64,000 nt of DNA from an uncultured Bacilli bacterium (GCA_944326155.1 CALVCV010000002.1:4514-68513), one strand, 5' to 3'. Counted from the stretch's first letter, positions 50,179-59,809 are shown. Notes: generated by a model not told the origin, from the sequence alone. Numbers and translations: made by a program.

Positions 50179-51252
50179 ATGAAAGAATTAGAACAATTAC
50201 AAACATTAATTAATTCATTAATCACAAAAGGAGCTTTTCCTAGTGCGAATTATGTTATTGTAACACACAATCATACTTATTATGGTAGTCTTGGTAATAA
50301 AAGTTTATTGCCAACCAAAGAGGCAAACGATATTGATACCCTCTATGATATGGCATCCTTAACTAAAGTAATTGCTACAACGACTTGCATTTTTAAATTG
50401 ATGGAAGAAGGTAAATTACGAACTGCTTCTAAAGTTAGTGACTATTTACCACGTTTTATTCATAAAAATGTGACAATATGGAATTTATTAACACATACTT
50501 CAGGCCTTTCTGAAGGGTTAAGTGGTCTTTTTTCTTTAAAAACAGAAGAAGATATATACAATAAATTATTCTCAATGCCACTTGTATATGAAACAAATAC
50601 TCAAATTAGATATTCAGATTTAGGTTATGTGCTTTTAGGTCTTATTATTGAAAAAATTGAAAATAAAAAATTAGATGAAGTGGTAAAAGAAAAAGTGCTT
50701 ATTCCTTTAAACATGTTAGATAGCACATACAATCCAAAAGATCATAAAAGATGTGCACCAACTGAACTTAGAAATGATACACTCTATCAAGGTATTGTAA
50801 GGGGTTTTGTTCATGATGAAATGTCATACCTATTAAATGGAGTAGCAGGTCATGCAGGACTCTTTTCAACTATTAAAGATATGAGTCATTTCATTCAAAT
50901 GGTCTTAAATGATGGAAAATATAATAATCACCAATTTTTATCTAAATCAACCATTGATTTGATGTTCACTCCTCAAGTGCATGAACATAAAGGGGTAAAA
51001 TTAAATGAAACAATTAGAGGACTTGGATGGTTAATAGGTGGTTTTGCAAGTTCTAGTGGTGATTTGACAAGTCCAAATACCATTCATCATACCGGTTTTA
51101 CGGGAACGAATATTTGGATTGATCGTACAAATCAAATTGGATTTTGCTTATTATCAAATCGTGTTCATCCAACTAGAAATACAACTTTGCATATTGAAGC
51201 AAGAGCTCAAATTGCTAACTTTATTATGGCAAATTGTGAAAAATTTAAATAG
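50179..51252 (+). CDS. Serine hydrolase of the beta-lactamase/PBP4*/EstB (class-C-like) family, no signal peptide
   Basis: SxxK reads MASLTK. YSDLGY and HTGFTG motifs are also present. Confidence 0.8.
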   Translation: MKELEQLQTLINSLITKGAFPSANYVIVTHNHTYYGSLGNKSLLPTKEANDIDTLYDMASLTKVIATTTCIFKLMEEGKLRTASKVSDYLPRFIHKNVTIWNLLTHTSGLSEGLSGLFSLKTEEDIYNKLFSMPLVYETNTQIRYSDLGYVLLGLIIEKIENKKLDEVVKEKVLIPLNMLDSTYNPKDHKRCAPTELRNDTLYQGIVRGFVHDEMSYLLNGVAGHAGLFSTIKDMSHFIQMVLNDGKYNNHQFLSKSTIDLMFTPQVHEHKGVKLNETIRGLGWLIGGFASSSGDLTSPNTIHHTGFTGTNIWIDRTNQIGFCLLSNRVHPTRNTTLHIEARAQIANFIMANCEKFK

Positions 51253-51265
51253 GAGGAAAAAGAAA

Positions 51266-51952
51266 ATGTTTAAAACGATTTTAGCTATTGGCGGCCACAT
51301 TGGTGATATGGAACTTACAGCAGGTGGTCTAATGGCAACCAATGCTGTAAATGGTGGCAAGAATATTACACTTGCTTTAACTGCAGGTGAGCGTGGAAAT
51401 CCTCTTCATCTAACAATTACAGAATATCGTAAACAAAAAATTGCAGAAGCGAACCAATTTATGAAAATGATGAATGGCGAGGCACTTATCTTAAAATATG
51501 CTGATGGCGAATTACCAGACAATGAAGAAGTAAGACACGAAGTTGCGGAAATAATCGTCAAGTATAAACCAGATATTATTGTTACACATTGGCATTCAAG
51601 TATGCATAAAGATCATAATCGTACGCATTATATCGTACAAGATGCGCAATTTATTGCAGGGGTCATTGGAAACAAAGAAGGTATACGTCATTATGCACCG
51701 GTTTATTTTTGCGAAAATTGGGAAGATGATCAAGATTTCGATCCTCATATCTATGTTGATATTACAAAAGGTTTTGAACTTTGGAAAAAAGCTCTACAGA
51801 CCCAATGGTTTGTTATGAATAGTAAAGATTTTGCTTACTATGATTACTATACCTCTTTAGCAAGATGTAGAGGTGCTTTATCGAAAAAGCAGTATGCTGA
51901 ATGTTTTAATGTGTTAACACATGATAAAAAAGAGGTGAGAGATGAACTCTAA
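51266..51952 (+). CDS. PIG-L/LmbE-family (N-acetylglucosaminyl) deacetylase
   Basis: The ORF is trimmed to MFKTILAIGGHIGDMELTAGG, which follows AGGAGG. A later THWHSSMHKDH metal motif is present. Confidence 0.6.
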   Translation: MFKTILAIGGHIGDMELTAGGLMATNAVNGGKNITLALTAGERGNPLHLTITEYRKQKIAEANQFMKMMNGEALILKYADGELPDNEEVRHEVAEIIVKYKPDIIVTHWHSSMHKDHNRTHYIVQDAQFIAGVIGNKEGIRHYAPVYFCENWEDDQDFDPHIYVDITKGFELWKKALQTQWFVMNSKDFAYYDYYTSLARCRGALSKKQYAECFNVLTHDKKEVRDEL

Positions 51953-54896
51953 ATATAAAATTATTAAACCAATCTTGATTATAATTTTATGTCTTATGTT
52001 CCTACCTTATGTTTTAGTTAGGGCAGAGAACAATCGGGTTTTGATTACTGCGAAAAATCAATCAGGTGTCAAACACTTTTCTAGTAATACTTTTGTTGAA
52101 ATTCCAATGGAATATGACAATGCATATGCGGAAATGCGAGGTGTTTGGGTAGCGACTGTTTATAATATTGCGATATCTAAACAAGATGGCACGAGTGAAA
52201 AAGCTATTATGGATTATCAAAATGAATTTATAAAAATACTAAATCGTATGGAACAATTTGGCATGAATACTATCTTTTTTCAAGTAAGGCCATCAAATGA
52301 TGCTTTTTATGTATCAAATTTGAATCCTTGGAGTGAGTTTCTAGTGGGTAGGGGAATCAATCCAGGATGGGACCCTTTGGAATGGATGATTGAACAAACT
52401 CATAATAGAGGTTTTCGTTTTATGTGCTGGATGAATGCTTTTCGAGTTACAACCGAATCTTATGTACATAATGGTAGTGCACAGACGCTTCCGGTTGAGG
52501 AACTAGTCAAGATGAAACATAAAACCTTAAGCACTTTAGCAGAGGGCAATTTTGCAAAAGAACACCCTGAATATGTTATTGCCGGTAGCATGGATGAAAA
52601 ACTGATTTTAAATCCTAGTGAACCTGCTGTTCAAAAATTTATTGTAGATACCATTATGGAGATTGTCGAAAATTATGATGTAGATGGTCTTCATTTTGAT
52701 GACTATTTTTATTTAGAGGGTACTACTTCAAGCAATACAGAAAATACCAATTTTGTTGGTAAAAATTCATATATTACATCAGGTGCTGATATTATGAATG
52801 ACTTGCCAAATTATTATACTTATCAAGAAGATCCTAAAAATTATGGCAAAGATGTTTTTGGTGAAACGGGCATTTATGGTATGGAAGAGGGACTTAACTT
52901 AGGCGACTTTAGACGTGAAAATATTAACATCATGATGCGTAATATTCGCCTTGCGATGGATAAATACAATCAAAAGACTGGTAAATGTGTGGAATTTGGT
53001 AGTAAACCAGCGGCAGTTTGGCGTTCTAATTCTGAATATTGTACACCTGGATCTTCACGATGTAGTGAAATTGGTTCAAATACCCATGAATATGCCTACA
53101 GCACCTATTCAGATTTATATGCTGATTCATTAAAATGGGTAGAAGAAGGCTTAGTAGATTGGGTTGCTCCACAAATCTATTATTCATTTGAAGATTTATA
53201 TGCTCCATATGCTGATGTCGTTGATTGGTGGGCTGCTCAAGTAGAACGAATTAATTTAAAAAGAAGATTAGAGAATAAAAAAGATATTCGTTTATATATT
53301 GCTCATGGAATTTATAAATATCGAGATAATCCAGATCAATTTTATCGTTCAGCTGAAATTACTGATCAAATCCGATATAACAAACATTATGATTGTATTC
53401 GTGGTTCAGCAGTTTACTCATATGAAATCATGTATCAACTATTAGGTAATGATATTACATCACAATATCCAAATGCTGAAAATATTCGCTTCAACGCTAT
53501 GAACATGTTTAAAAATCTTTGGACAAACAATAAAGTTTTTCCGTTAGAAATAGGCATAGATGATTCAGAAAAACTAAATGATATTAGTTATACACTAAAA
53601 GAAATGCAAAATAAAAATTTAATTTTGAATTTCAATGCAATTCAAAATGCAGTAGCATATGGCTTATATAAAATACCAAAAGAAGAACCATTTGATAAAA
53701 ATAAAATTTCTTATCGCTTAGATATCTTATATGCTGGTTATGAAGAAAATAAAAAATTAACAATGGATTTGGGTATATTAGATGAGAATTATAATTATTA
53801 TTTACTACCTGTTTCGACAAATGGATATACAAAAGATAATGCTATTTTAATTGATTTAGATACTAGAAATCCTAATCTTGCACCAACTGCTACAACGTTA
53901 GAAATTTTAGATTATCAAAAAGAAGTTAAAATTGGTAGTGATATTACAGTTGTCTTTACATTACCTGAAGATCCAAATGGAGATGAAGTTTTCTTTGATA
54001 TTAAACTAATTGAGAATGGTATTGAAAGAACAATACAACCGACTGTTAAACAAGTAGATAATCAAATTAAATTTGTTTGGAAATCATACCTTTATGAATC
54101 AAAAAACTGTAAGTTTAAAGTCTTATTTAGTGATGGAGAATTGATTACATCAGTAGAATCAGTTTCATTTGATTTAGTGAGTCATTTTACACCATCAGTT
54201 GGTAAGATTTTACTAGATAAAACTGTCTACTATGGTTATGAGATGATACAAGTTAGTTATGATCCAATATTTGATGTAGAAGGTCTACCTTTAACATATG
54301 AGGTGAATTTAGTAATAGATAATAAAAAATATGATATTACAGAAGTATTTGAAAATGCGAATAATTATCAATTTAGTTTGACTTTACCAAATCTTTCATC
54401 AAGTAAGTGCTATATTGAAATTATCGTAAATAATGGATACCAAGTTGCAAAAAGTACATCAGATTTCTTTATCATCAATGAAAATCAAAAACCAGTAGGT
54501 GGTAGAATTATTCTTGATAAAACAATTCTTACCTCTGGCGAAAATCTAAAAGGTTCTTTTGTTTTACCAACTGATGAAGAATTATTGTCTTACAAGTTTT
54601 ATCTAGTAATTGATAATGTAAAGCAAGAAATAATTTTGCCTAAGGATACTTATAATTTTGATATTGAGATACCACCTGTTGAAATAATAAGTGGCTATGT
54701 TGAAATTGTTGTAAGTGATTCTTACTATGAAGTTACGCTTCAAAGTGATACTTTTACAATACAAGATGAAGAAGTTTTTGATGATGCTAAAAAGAATTGT
54801 AAATCTTGTAAAAATCACACAGCACTTTATCTTATAACCCTTCTATCCAATTTTACAATAGGAATTTATCTATTAGCAAAACATAAAAAATATTAA
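51942..54896 (+). CDS. Secreted, C-terminally anchored GHL10 (DUF187/YngK-type) glycosidase-like protein with three ~100-aa Ig-like repeats
   Basis: A signal peptide is present. Motifs seen: MRGVWVATVYNI, IFFQVRPSNDAFYVSNLNPWSEFL, GWDPLEWMI, CWMNAFR, DGLHFDDYFY, and WVAPQIYY. The tail is CKSC, a TM helix, then KHKKY. Confidence 0.75.
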   Translation: MNSKYKIIKPILIIILCLMFLPYVLVRAENNRVLITAKNQSGVKHFSSNTFVEIPMEYDNAYAEMRGVWVATVYNIAISKQDGTSEKAIMDYQNEFIKILNRMEQFGMNTIFFQVRPSNDAFYVSNLNPWSEFLVGRGINPGWDPLEWMIEQTHNRGFRFMCWMNAFRVTTESYVHNGSAQTLPVEELVKMKHKTLSTLAEGNFAKEHPEYVIAGSMDEKLILNPSEPAVQKFIVDTIMEIVENYDVDGLHFDDYFYLEGTTSSNTENTNFVGKNSYITSGADIMNDLPNYYTYQEDPKNYGKDVFGETGIYGMEEGLNLGDFRRENINIMMRNIRLAMDKYNQKTGKCVEFGSKPAAVWRSNSEYCTPGSSRCSEIGSNTHEYAYSTYSDLYADSLKWVEEGLVDWVAPQIYYSFEDLYAPYADVVDWWAAQVERINLKRRLENKKDIRLYIAHGIYKYRDNPDQFYRSAEITDQIRYNKHYDCIRGSAVYSYEIMYQLLGNDITSQYPNAENIRFNAMNMFKNLWTNNKVFPLEIGIDDSEKLNDISYTLKEMQNKNLILNFNAIQNAVAYGLYKIPKEEPFDKNKISYRLDILYAGYEENKKLTMDLGILDENYNYYLLPVSTNGYTKDNAILIDLDTRNPNLAPTATTLEILDYQKEVKIGSDITVVFTLPEDPNGDEVFFDIKLIENGIERTIQPTVKQVDNQIKFVWKSYLYESKNCKFKVLFSDGELITSVESVSFDLVSHFTPSVGKILLDKTVYYGYEMIQVSYDPIFDVEGLPLTYEVNLVIDNKKYDITEVFENANNYQFSLTLPNLSSSKCYIEIIVNNGYQVAKSTSDFFIINENQKPVGGRIILDKTILTSGENLKGSFVLPTDEELLSYKFYLVIDNVKQEIILPKDTYNFDIEIPPVEIISGYVEIVVSDSYYEVTLQSDTFTIQDEEVFDDAKKNCKSCKNHTALYLITLLSNFTIGIYLLAKHKKY

Positions 54897-54908
54897 TATT
54901 TTAAAAAG

Positions 54909-54966
54909 AAAAGACATTGAATTTATCTTTTTTAAAAAAGTAATAACCAATGTCTTTTTATTTTTT
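54909..54966 (+). terminator. Terminator-like hairpin
   Basis: AAAAGACATTG, a 28-nt loop, then CAATGTCTTTT, followed by TTATTTTTT. Confidence 0.55.
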
Positions 54967-54978
54967 AATTTGAATAGG

Positions 54979-55007
54979 TTGCTAAAAATATTTAAAATAT
55001 GTATAAT
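54979..55007 (+). promoter_or_regulatory. Promoter of the dipeptidase-GHL10 unit
   Basis: TTGCTA, a 17-nt spacer, then TATAAT (55002-55007). Confidence 0.55.
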
Positions 55008-55024
55008 AAATGGTGGTGATAAAA

Positions 55025-55915
55025 ATGAAAAAATATGATACACATAGTGATATAATGTTCAACCTTTATAATAGAACCATAAAGGGTGAAAAAGATGTTT
55101 TTGAAAAATATCATCTAAATGATTTAAAAAAAGGTGATGTTGTTGGTGGCATTTGGGTTATATATAGTGAAACAGATTTTGATATTCAAAAAGCATATGA
55201 TGTTGCCATTGAAGCATTTAGACCATATAAAAAAGAATTTGATGTTTTGTTTGGCTTAGAGGGTCTAAGAAATGTAAAAGACATAGAGATTTTAGATCAG
55301 TTATACCAAAAAGGTATTAGACATGCTAGTCTCACATGGAATGAAGAAAATCATTTTGCAACAGGGGTTGCAGGAAATAATGCTCATGGCTTAAAAGAAG
55401 AAGGTAAAAAAATTATTCAATATATGAATAACCATAACATGGTTGTTGATGTATCCCATTTAAATATAAAAAGTTTTTATGATGTTTTAGCTGAAAATCC
55501 CAAAATTTTGATGGCAACTCATTCCAATGCTTTTACTATTAGCAATCATCGCCGTAATTTAAATGATAATCAACTAAAAGCTCTAAGTGAATTGAATGGA
55601 TATGTTGGTGTTAACTCAGCGAGAAATTTTGTCTCATTTGATAAGACAAAACAAAATTTGAATGGACTTGTTGATCAAATCATTTATCTTGGCAATCATA
55701 TAGGTATTGATCATGTTATGTTAGGTCTTGATATGATGCATTATTTAAGCGATTATAATAATGCAAACTTAGATGATTTAACCTGTCATCAGGATGCAAT
55801 TGGTATTGAGAAAATACTTAGCCAAAGAGGATTTAGTATTGAGGAAATTGAACAAATTTGTTATAGAAATTATCAAAAAGCAATAAATTTAGTTAAAAAA
55901 CAAAAGGAGAATTAG
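55025..55915 (+). CDS. Membrane-dipeptidase-family (peptidase M19) protein
   Basis: Seen: YDTHSDIMFNL, HASLTWNEEN, VDVSHLN, ATHSNA, and HRRNLNDNQL. The start is trimmed because the ATG at 55010 lies next to the -10 box. Confidence 0.8.
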   Translation: MKKYDTHSDIMFNLYNRTIKGEKDVFEKYHLNDLKKGDVVGGIWVIYSETDFDIQKAYDVAIEAFRPYKKEFDVLFGLEGLRNVKDIEILDQLYQKGIRHASLTWNEENHFATGVAGNNAHGLKEEGKKIIQYMNNHNMVVDVSHLNIKSFYDVLAENPKILMATHSNAFTISNHRRNLNDNQLKALSELNGYVGVNSARNFVSFDKTKQNLNGLVDQIIYLGNHIGIDHVMLGLDMMHYLSDYNNANLDDLTCHQDAIGIEKILSQRGFSIEEIEQICYRNYQKAINLVKKQKEN

Positions 55916-58438
55916 ATGAAGAAAATTATTATTTGTTTAATTTGTACATTTTTACTGTATTTTAGTGGGACTTTTATTCAAGCTTCAGAAACTAGCGACT
56001 GGGTTAATACAGTTGGACTTAAAAAGTATCAACAAGTAGATACTGAATTTAGAGCTGTATGGGTATCTACCGTATATAACATTGACATTCCAAGACAAAC
56101 TAATAATACCGAAGAGGCAATTAATACATGGAAATCTTATTATTTGAGTATTTTGGATAATGCTGAAGCAAACAATTTGAATGTAATTATTTTCCAAATT
56201 CGTCCTTGTAATGATGCCTTTTATCCATCTAAATATAATCCTTGGAGTGAATTTCTTTACTCCTATGGTAAAGATCCTGGATGGGATCCTCTTGATTGGA
56301 TGATTGAAGTTACCCATGAAAGAGGAATGGAATATCATGCATGGATGAATCCTTATCGTGCTTCTCTTACCCAAACTAATTCAATTGTTCAAAATACAGG
56401 TGGTAGTACAACTTATGTATATGATTATGATGATGATGCATTGCAACTTGCTAAGCATCAATATTTTGATAGTTTAAAATCACAATCTGAACAAGCTTAT
56501 GATGGTAGTGATGTTGATAATCCAGTTTTTGCAACAGGTGAACAATTGGAACACAATGTTGTAATGGGAACGGAAAATATGTATGTTCTAAATCCTGCAA
56601 GTGAAGAAACCATAGAACATTTAGAAAATACGATTCGCGAAGTAGTAGAAAACTATGATATTGATGGTATTCATTTTGATGATTATTTTTATCCTAATGA
56701 TACAGGTTATATCAGTACAGGAAGTAATACCAATTTTAAAGGCTTAACTTTCTCAACCGAATCCCTTATTGACTATCAAGATTATGAAAATTACTTACAA
56801 ATAGGTGGTACTTTAGACATCTATAATTGGCGTAGAGAAAATGTAAATAATTTAATTGAAAGATTAAGTATTTTAATTCGTAATTTAAATATTGAAAGAA
56901 CAACTCCTTGTGCCTTTGGTATAAGTCCAGGTGGAAGATGGGCACCATCAGTTGAATCTTGTCCTGCTGGAAGTCATCGTGGAGCTGAAGGAGGAATGTC
57001 AGGATCTTGCAATAACTATTATTCTTATTCAGATTTGTTTGCTGATACGAAAAAATGGGTAGACGAAGAATGGATTGACTATATTTTACCACAAGCATAT
57101 AGTGAACTTTTAACTGGTTATCGTGAAATTATGGATTGGTGGAGTGATGTAATGGTTGATTCACCTGTCAAACTTTATTCAGGTATGCCACTATATCAGT
57201 TAGATGAATGGGGTAATGTTGATGAAATATTCTATGAAATTAGATATAATCAAAGTGAAGGTAATCGAGTAGATGGCTATAGCATGTTTAGTTATAAGAA
57301 TATGCTTACTGGCAAAGGTAAAAGTGGTATGAATTTGGTTAGAAATTCACTTTGGAAAACCAATGCTTTAACACCAATTTATGACTATTATGATTACAAA
57401 CACACAGTTGAAAAAAATGCTAACGTGTTAAAAATTGAAGAATTAGACAATTTGAAGTATCGTTTATATTTTGACGAAGTAAGCGATGCAAAAGCCTATA
57501 TGCTTTATAAGATTACAAGTGACGATGAAATTATAAATGGCAAGATTGCGGCATCTAAACTTTATAAGATGAATTTAGGCAATAATAATTACTTTGATAT
57601 TGAAGAATATGATGAAACGACAAAATATTACTTGGCAACAGTTAGCCAAGATAATACGATTTATTTAAATAATGAAGAAGTTGATTTTAGTCTTTTAGAA
57701 AAGAATATTCCACCAGTTATTACCATTATTGAAAAACCACTTTCAGAAGTTTTAGTATCTTCTATGGTAAATATTAAATTTACAATTAGTGATGAAAATA
57801 ATGATTTAATTTCGTATAAAGTATATTTAATTTATCGTGGTAATGAAATTGAAATCACAAATATTACTGAAAAAGAAGAAATCATTGCAACATGGCATGC
57901 TTATGCGGTATCAACACCAGGTTTGAAATTCAAAATTGTAGCAAACGATGGTAAAGTAGAAACTATTTTAGAAACCGAGACTTTTGATGTTGTCGAAACA
58001 TGCAATCATACATGGGTTGAAGCTACTTGTACAACACCAAAGACGTGTACAAAATGTGGTGCAACAGAAGGTGAGGCTTTAGGACATACATGGGTTGAAG
58101 CTACTTGTACAACACCAAAGACGTGTGCAAGATGTGGTGTAACAGAAGGAGAAGCCTTAGGACATAACTGGGTTGAAGCAAGTTGTGAGCAAGCAAAACA
58201 TTGTGCAGATTGTGGTGTAACAGAAGGAGAAGCCCTAGGACATGATTGGGAAGCAGCAACGTATGATGCACCAAAGACATGTAAAAGATGTGGGGCAACC
58301 GAAGGAGAACCACTTTCAAGACCAAGTGAACCAAACGAAGAAAAAGGATGTAAGAAATGCAGTAAAAATAGCATTTTAAGTATTATTTCAATGATTGGTT
58401 TATTTAGTGGTGCTATTTTAATTTTAAGAAGAAAGTGA
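55916..58438 (+). CDS. Secreted, C-terminally anchored GHL10-family protein with an Ig-like module and a 4x Cys/His repeat stalk
   Basis: A signal peptide is present. Motifs seen: FRAVWVSTVYNID, IIFQIRPCNDAFYPSKYNPWSEFL, GWDPLDWMI, HAWMNPYR, DGIHFDDYFYP, and WIDYILPQAY. The tail is CKKC, a TM helix, then RRK. The gene ends in TGA followed by AGA TAA. Confidence 0.75.
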   Translation: MKKIIICLICTFLLYFSGTFIQASETSDWVNTVGLKKYQQVDTEFRAVWVSTVYNIDIPRQTNNTEEAINTWKSYYLSILDNAEANNLNVIIFQIRPCNDAFYPSKYNPWSEFLYSYGKDPGWDPLDWMIEVTHERGMEYHAWMNPYRASLTQTNSIVQNTGGSTTYVYDYDDDALQLAKHQYFDSLKSQSEQAYDGSDVDNPVFATGEQLEHNVVMGTENMYVLNPASEETIEHLENTIREVVENYDIDGIHFDDYFYPNDTGYISTGSNTNFKGLTFSTESLIDYQDYENYLQIGGTLDIYNWRRENVNNLIERLSILIRNLNIERTTPCAFGISPGGRWAPSVESCPAGSHRGAEGGMSGSCNNYYSYSDLFADTKKWVDEEWIDYILPQAYSELLTGYREIMDWWSDVMVDSPVKLYSGMPLYQLDEWGNVDEIFYEIRYNQSEGNRVDGYSMFSYKNMLTGKGKSGMNLVRNSLWKTNALTPIYDYYDYKHTVEKNANVLKIEELDNLKYRLYFDEVSDAKAYMLYKITSDDEIINGKIAASKLYKMNLGNNNYFDIEEYDETTKYYLATVSQDNTIYLNNEEVDFSLLEKNIPPVITIIEKPLSEVLVSSMVNIKFTISDENNDLISYKVYLIYRGNEIEITNITEKEEIIATWHAYAVSTPGLKFKIVANDGKVETILETETFDVVETCNHTWVEATCTTPKTCTKCGATEGEALGHTWVEATCTTPKTCARCGVTEGEALGHNWVEASCEQAKHCADCGVTEGEALGHDWEAATYDAPKTCKRCGATEGEPLSRPSEPNEEKGCKKCSKNSILSIISMIGLFSGAILILRRK
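58007..58318 (+). repeat. Four in-frame tandem repeats of 78 nt (26 aa): H.W.EA(T/S)C....K.C..CG.TEGE.LG
   Basis: Units start at 58007, 58085, 58163 and 58241. Units 1 and 2 differ at about 6 of 78 nt. Confidence 0.95.
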
Positions 58439-58445
58439 AGATAAT

Positions 58446-59711
58446 ATGAAATTAAAAAAATTTAATCAAGAAGAAACACTTAAATATTGGGATACTAAGG
58501 AAGAAATTGATATCCCGACATATCAATTTAAACAAGGTGATGTAAGAGGTATATGGGTTTCAACGGTTGCAAATATTGATACTCCAAAAGGACTTCCTGC
58601 ACAGGAATATCAGAAATATTTGCAAAAGTTAGTAGAAACCATTGCCAGTTATAATTTAAATACAATTATTTTTCAAGTAAGACCTTGCAATGATGCTTTT
58701 TATAACTCTAAACTTAATCCTTGGTCAAGATATCTTACTGGAACAGAAGGTAAAGATCCTGGCTTCGATGTTTTAGCATTTGTCATTCAAGAAGCCAAAA
58801 AATACAACATTAAAGTTCATGCTTGGATGAATCCATATCGTGTAGGACAGACTGCACTTGATTTGGAGAATAAAAATATTGATGATGCGATAAAAGAATA
58901 TGTAGATACTTTAGATGATTTAAATTTTGCTAAAAAACATCCTGAACATCTTGTGGTAGATGGTGCAAATAAAATTATTCTTGCACCATCACATCCTGAA
59001 GTAATTGATTTTGTTACAAAGTCAATTATGGAAGTTGCTGAAAACTATGATGTAGAAGGTGTTCATATTGATGACTATTTTTATCCATATGGTAAAATAC
59101 CTTACGAAAGAGAAGAAAAGGATTATTTAAAATATCGTAAGAGTGAAAGCGAAGCTTTTGATGATTGGCGTCGTCGTAATGTTGATGAAATGATTAAAAA
59201 TATTCATAATGAATTAACAAAATTATTTAATCAAACAGGTAAGAAAGTATTATTTGGCATTAGTCCATTTGCTATTTATCGCACAAGTAACAAGATAAGA
59301 GAAGATGGTTGGGAATTTGGTTCTTATAATTCAGCAAGTGCTTTACAATGCTATTCAGAATTATATTCTGATGTTTATAAATGGATGAAGGAAAAGTGGA
59401 TTGATTATGTAGTTCCACAGATATATTTTTCTTTTGAAAGAACTGATGTGACTTATCATGATTTAACAAAATGGTGGAATAATTTATGCAAAAAAACTGA
59501 TACCATTCTTTATATTGGACAAGGTTTATATCAAATGGGTTCTAATGAATTTTGGCAAAATCCTGAAGAAATAGCAAATCAATTAAAATTTAATTGTCAA
59601 TTCGACAAAATTAGCGGTACTATCTTTTTTACTTATCGCGATTTAATTAAAGGTCAAAATGAAATTAAAGACAAAGCGTTAGATACAATTAAAGAATTAT
59701 GGTGTAAATAA
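58446..59711 (+). CDS. GHL10-family protein without a signal peptide (predicted cytoplasmic)
   Basis: Motifs seen: VRGIWVSTVANID, IIFQVRPCNDAFYNSKLNPWSRYL, HAWMNPYR, EGVHIDDYFYP, and WIDYVVPQIYF. Confidence 0.75.
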   Translation: MKLKKFNQEETLKYWDTKEEIDIPTYQFKQGDVRGIWVSTVANIDTPKGLPAQEYQKYLQKLVETIASYNLNTIIFQVRPCNDAFYNSKLNPWSRYLTGTEGKDPGFDVLAFVIQEAKKYNIKVHAWMNPYRVGQTALDLENKNIDDAIKEYVDTLDDLNFAKKHPEHLVVDGANKIILAPSHPEVIDFVTKSIMEVAENYDVEGVHIDDYFYPYGKIPYEREEKDYLKYRKSESEAFDDWRRRNVDEMIKNIHNELTKLFNQTGKKVLFGISPFAIYRTSNKIREDGWEFGSYNSASALQCYSELYSDVYKWMKEKWIDYVVPQIYFSFERTDVTYHDLTKWWNNLCKKTDTILYIGQGLYQMGSNEFWQNPEEIANQLKFNCQFDKISGTIFFTYRDLIKGQNEIKDKALDTIKELWCK

Positions 59712-59724
59712 AAATATAAAATAG

Positions 59725-59767
59725 AATCTATAAATAGTTTTTATTAAAAACTATTTATAGATTTTTT
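59725..59767 (+). terminator. Strong rho-independent terminator
   Basis: AATCTATAAATAGTTTTT att AAAAACTATTTATAGATT followed by TTTT. Confidence 0.85.
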
Positions 59768-59780
59768 ATTAGTCTATTAC

Positions 59781-59809
59781 TTGAATAAAAACGTTTTCTT
59801 TGGTATAAT
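59781..59809 (+). promoter_or_regulatory. Promoter of the GH20-SBP unit
   Basis: TTGAAT, a 17-nt spacer, then TATAAT, with a TGg extended -10. Confidence 0.6.

Noticed and set aside
58007-58318. The 78-nt tandem repeat as a non-coding VNTR or CRISPR-like array.
   Set aside because: The period is a multiple of 3. The repeat lies in frame within a long ORF, and the encoded Cys/His positions are conserved while third positions vary. It is a protein repeat.
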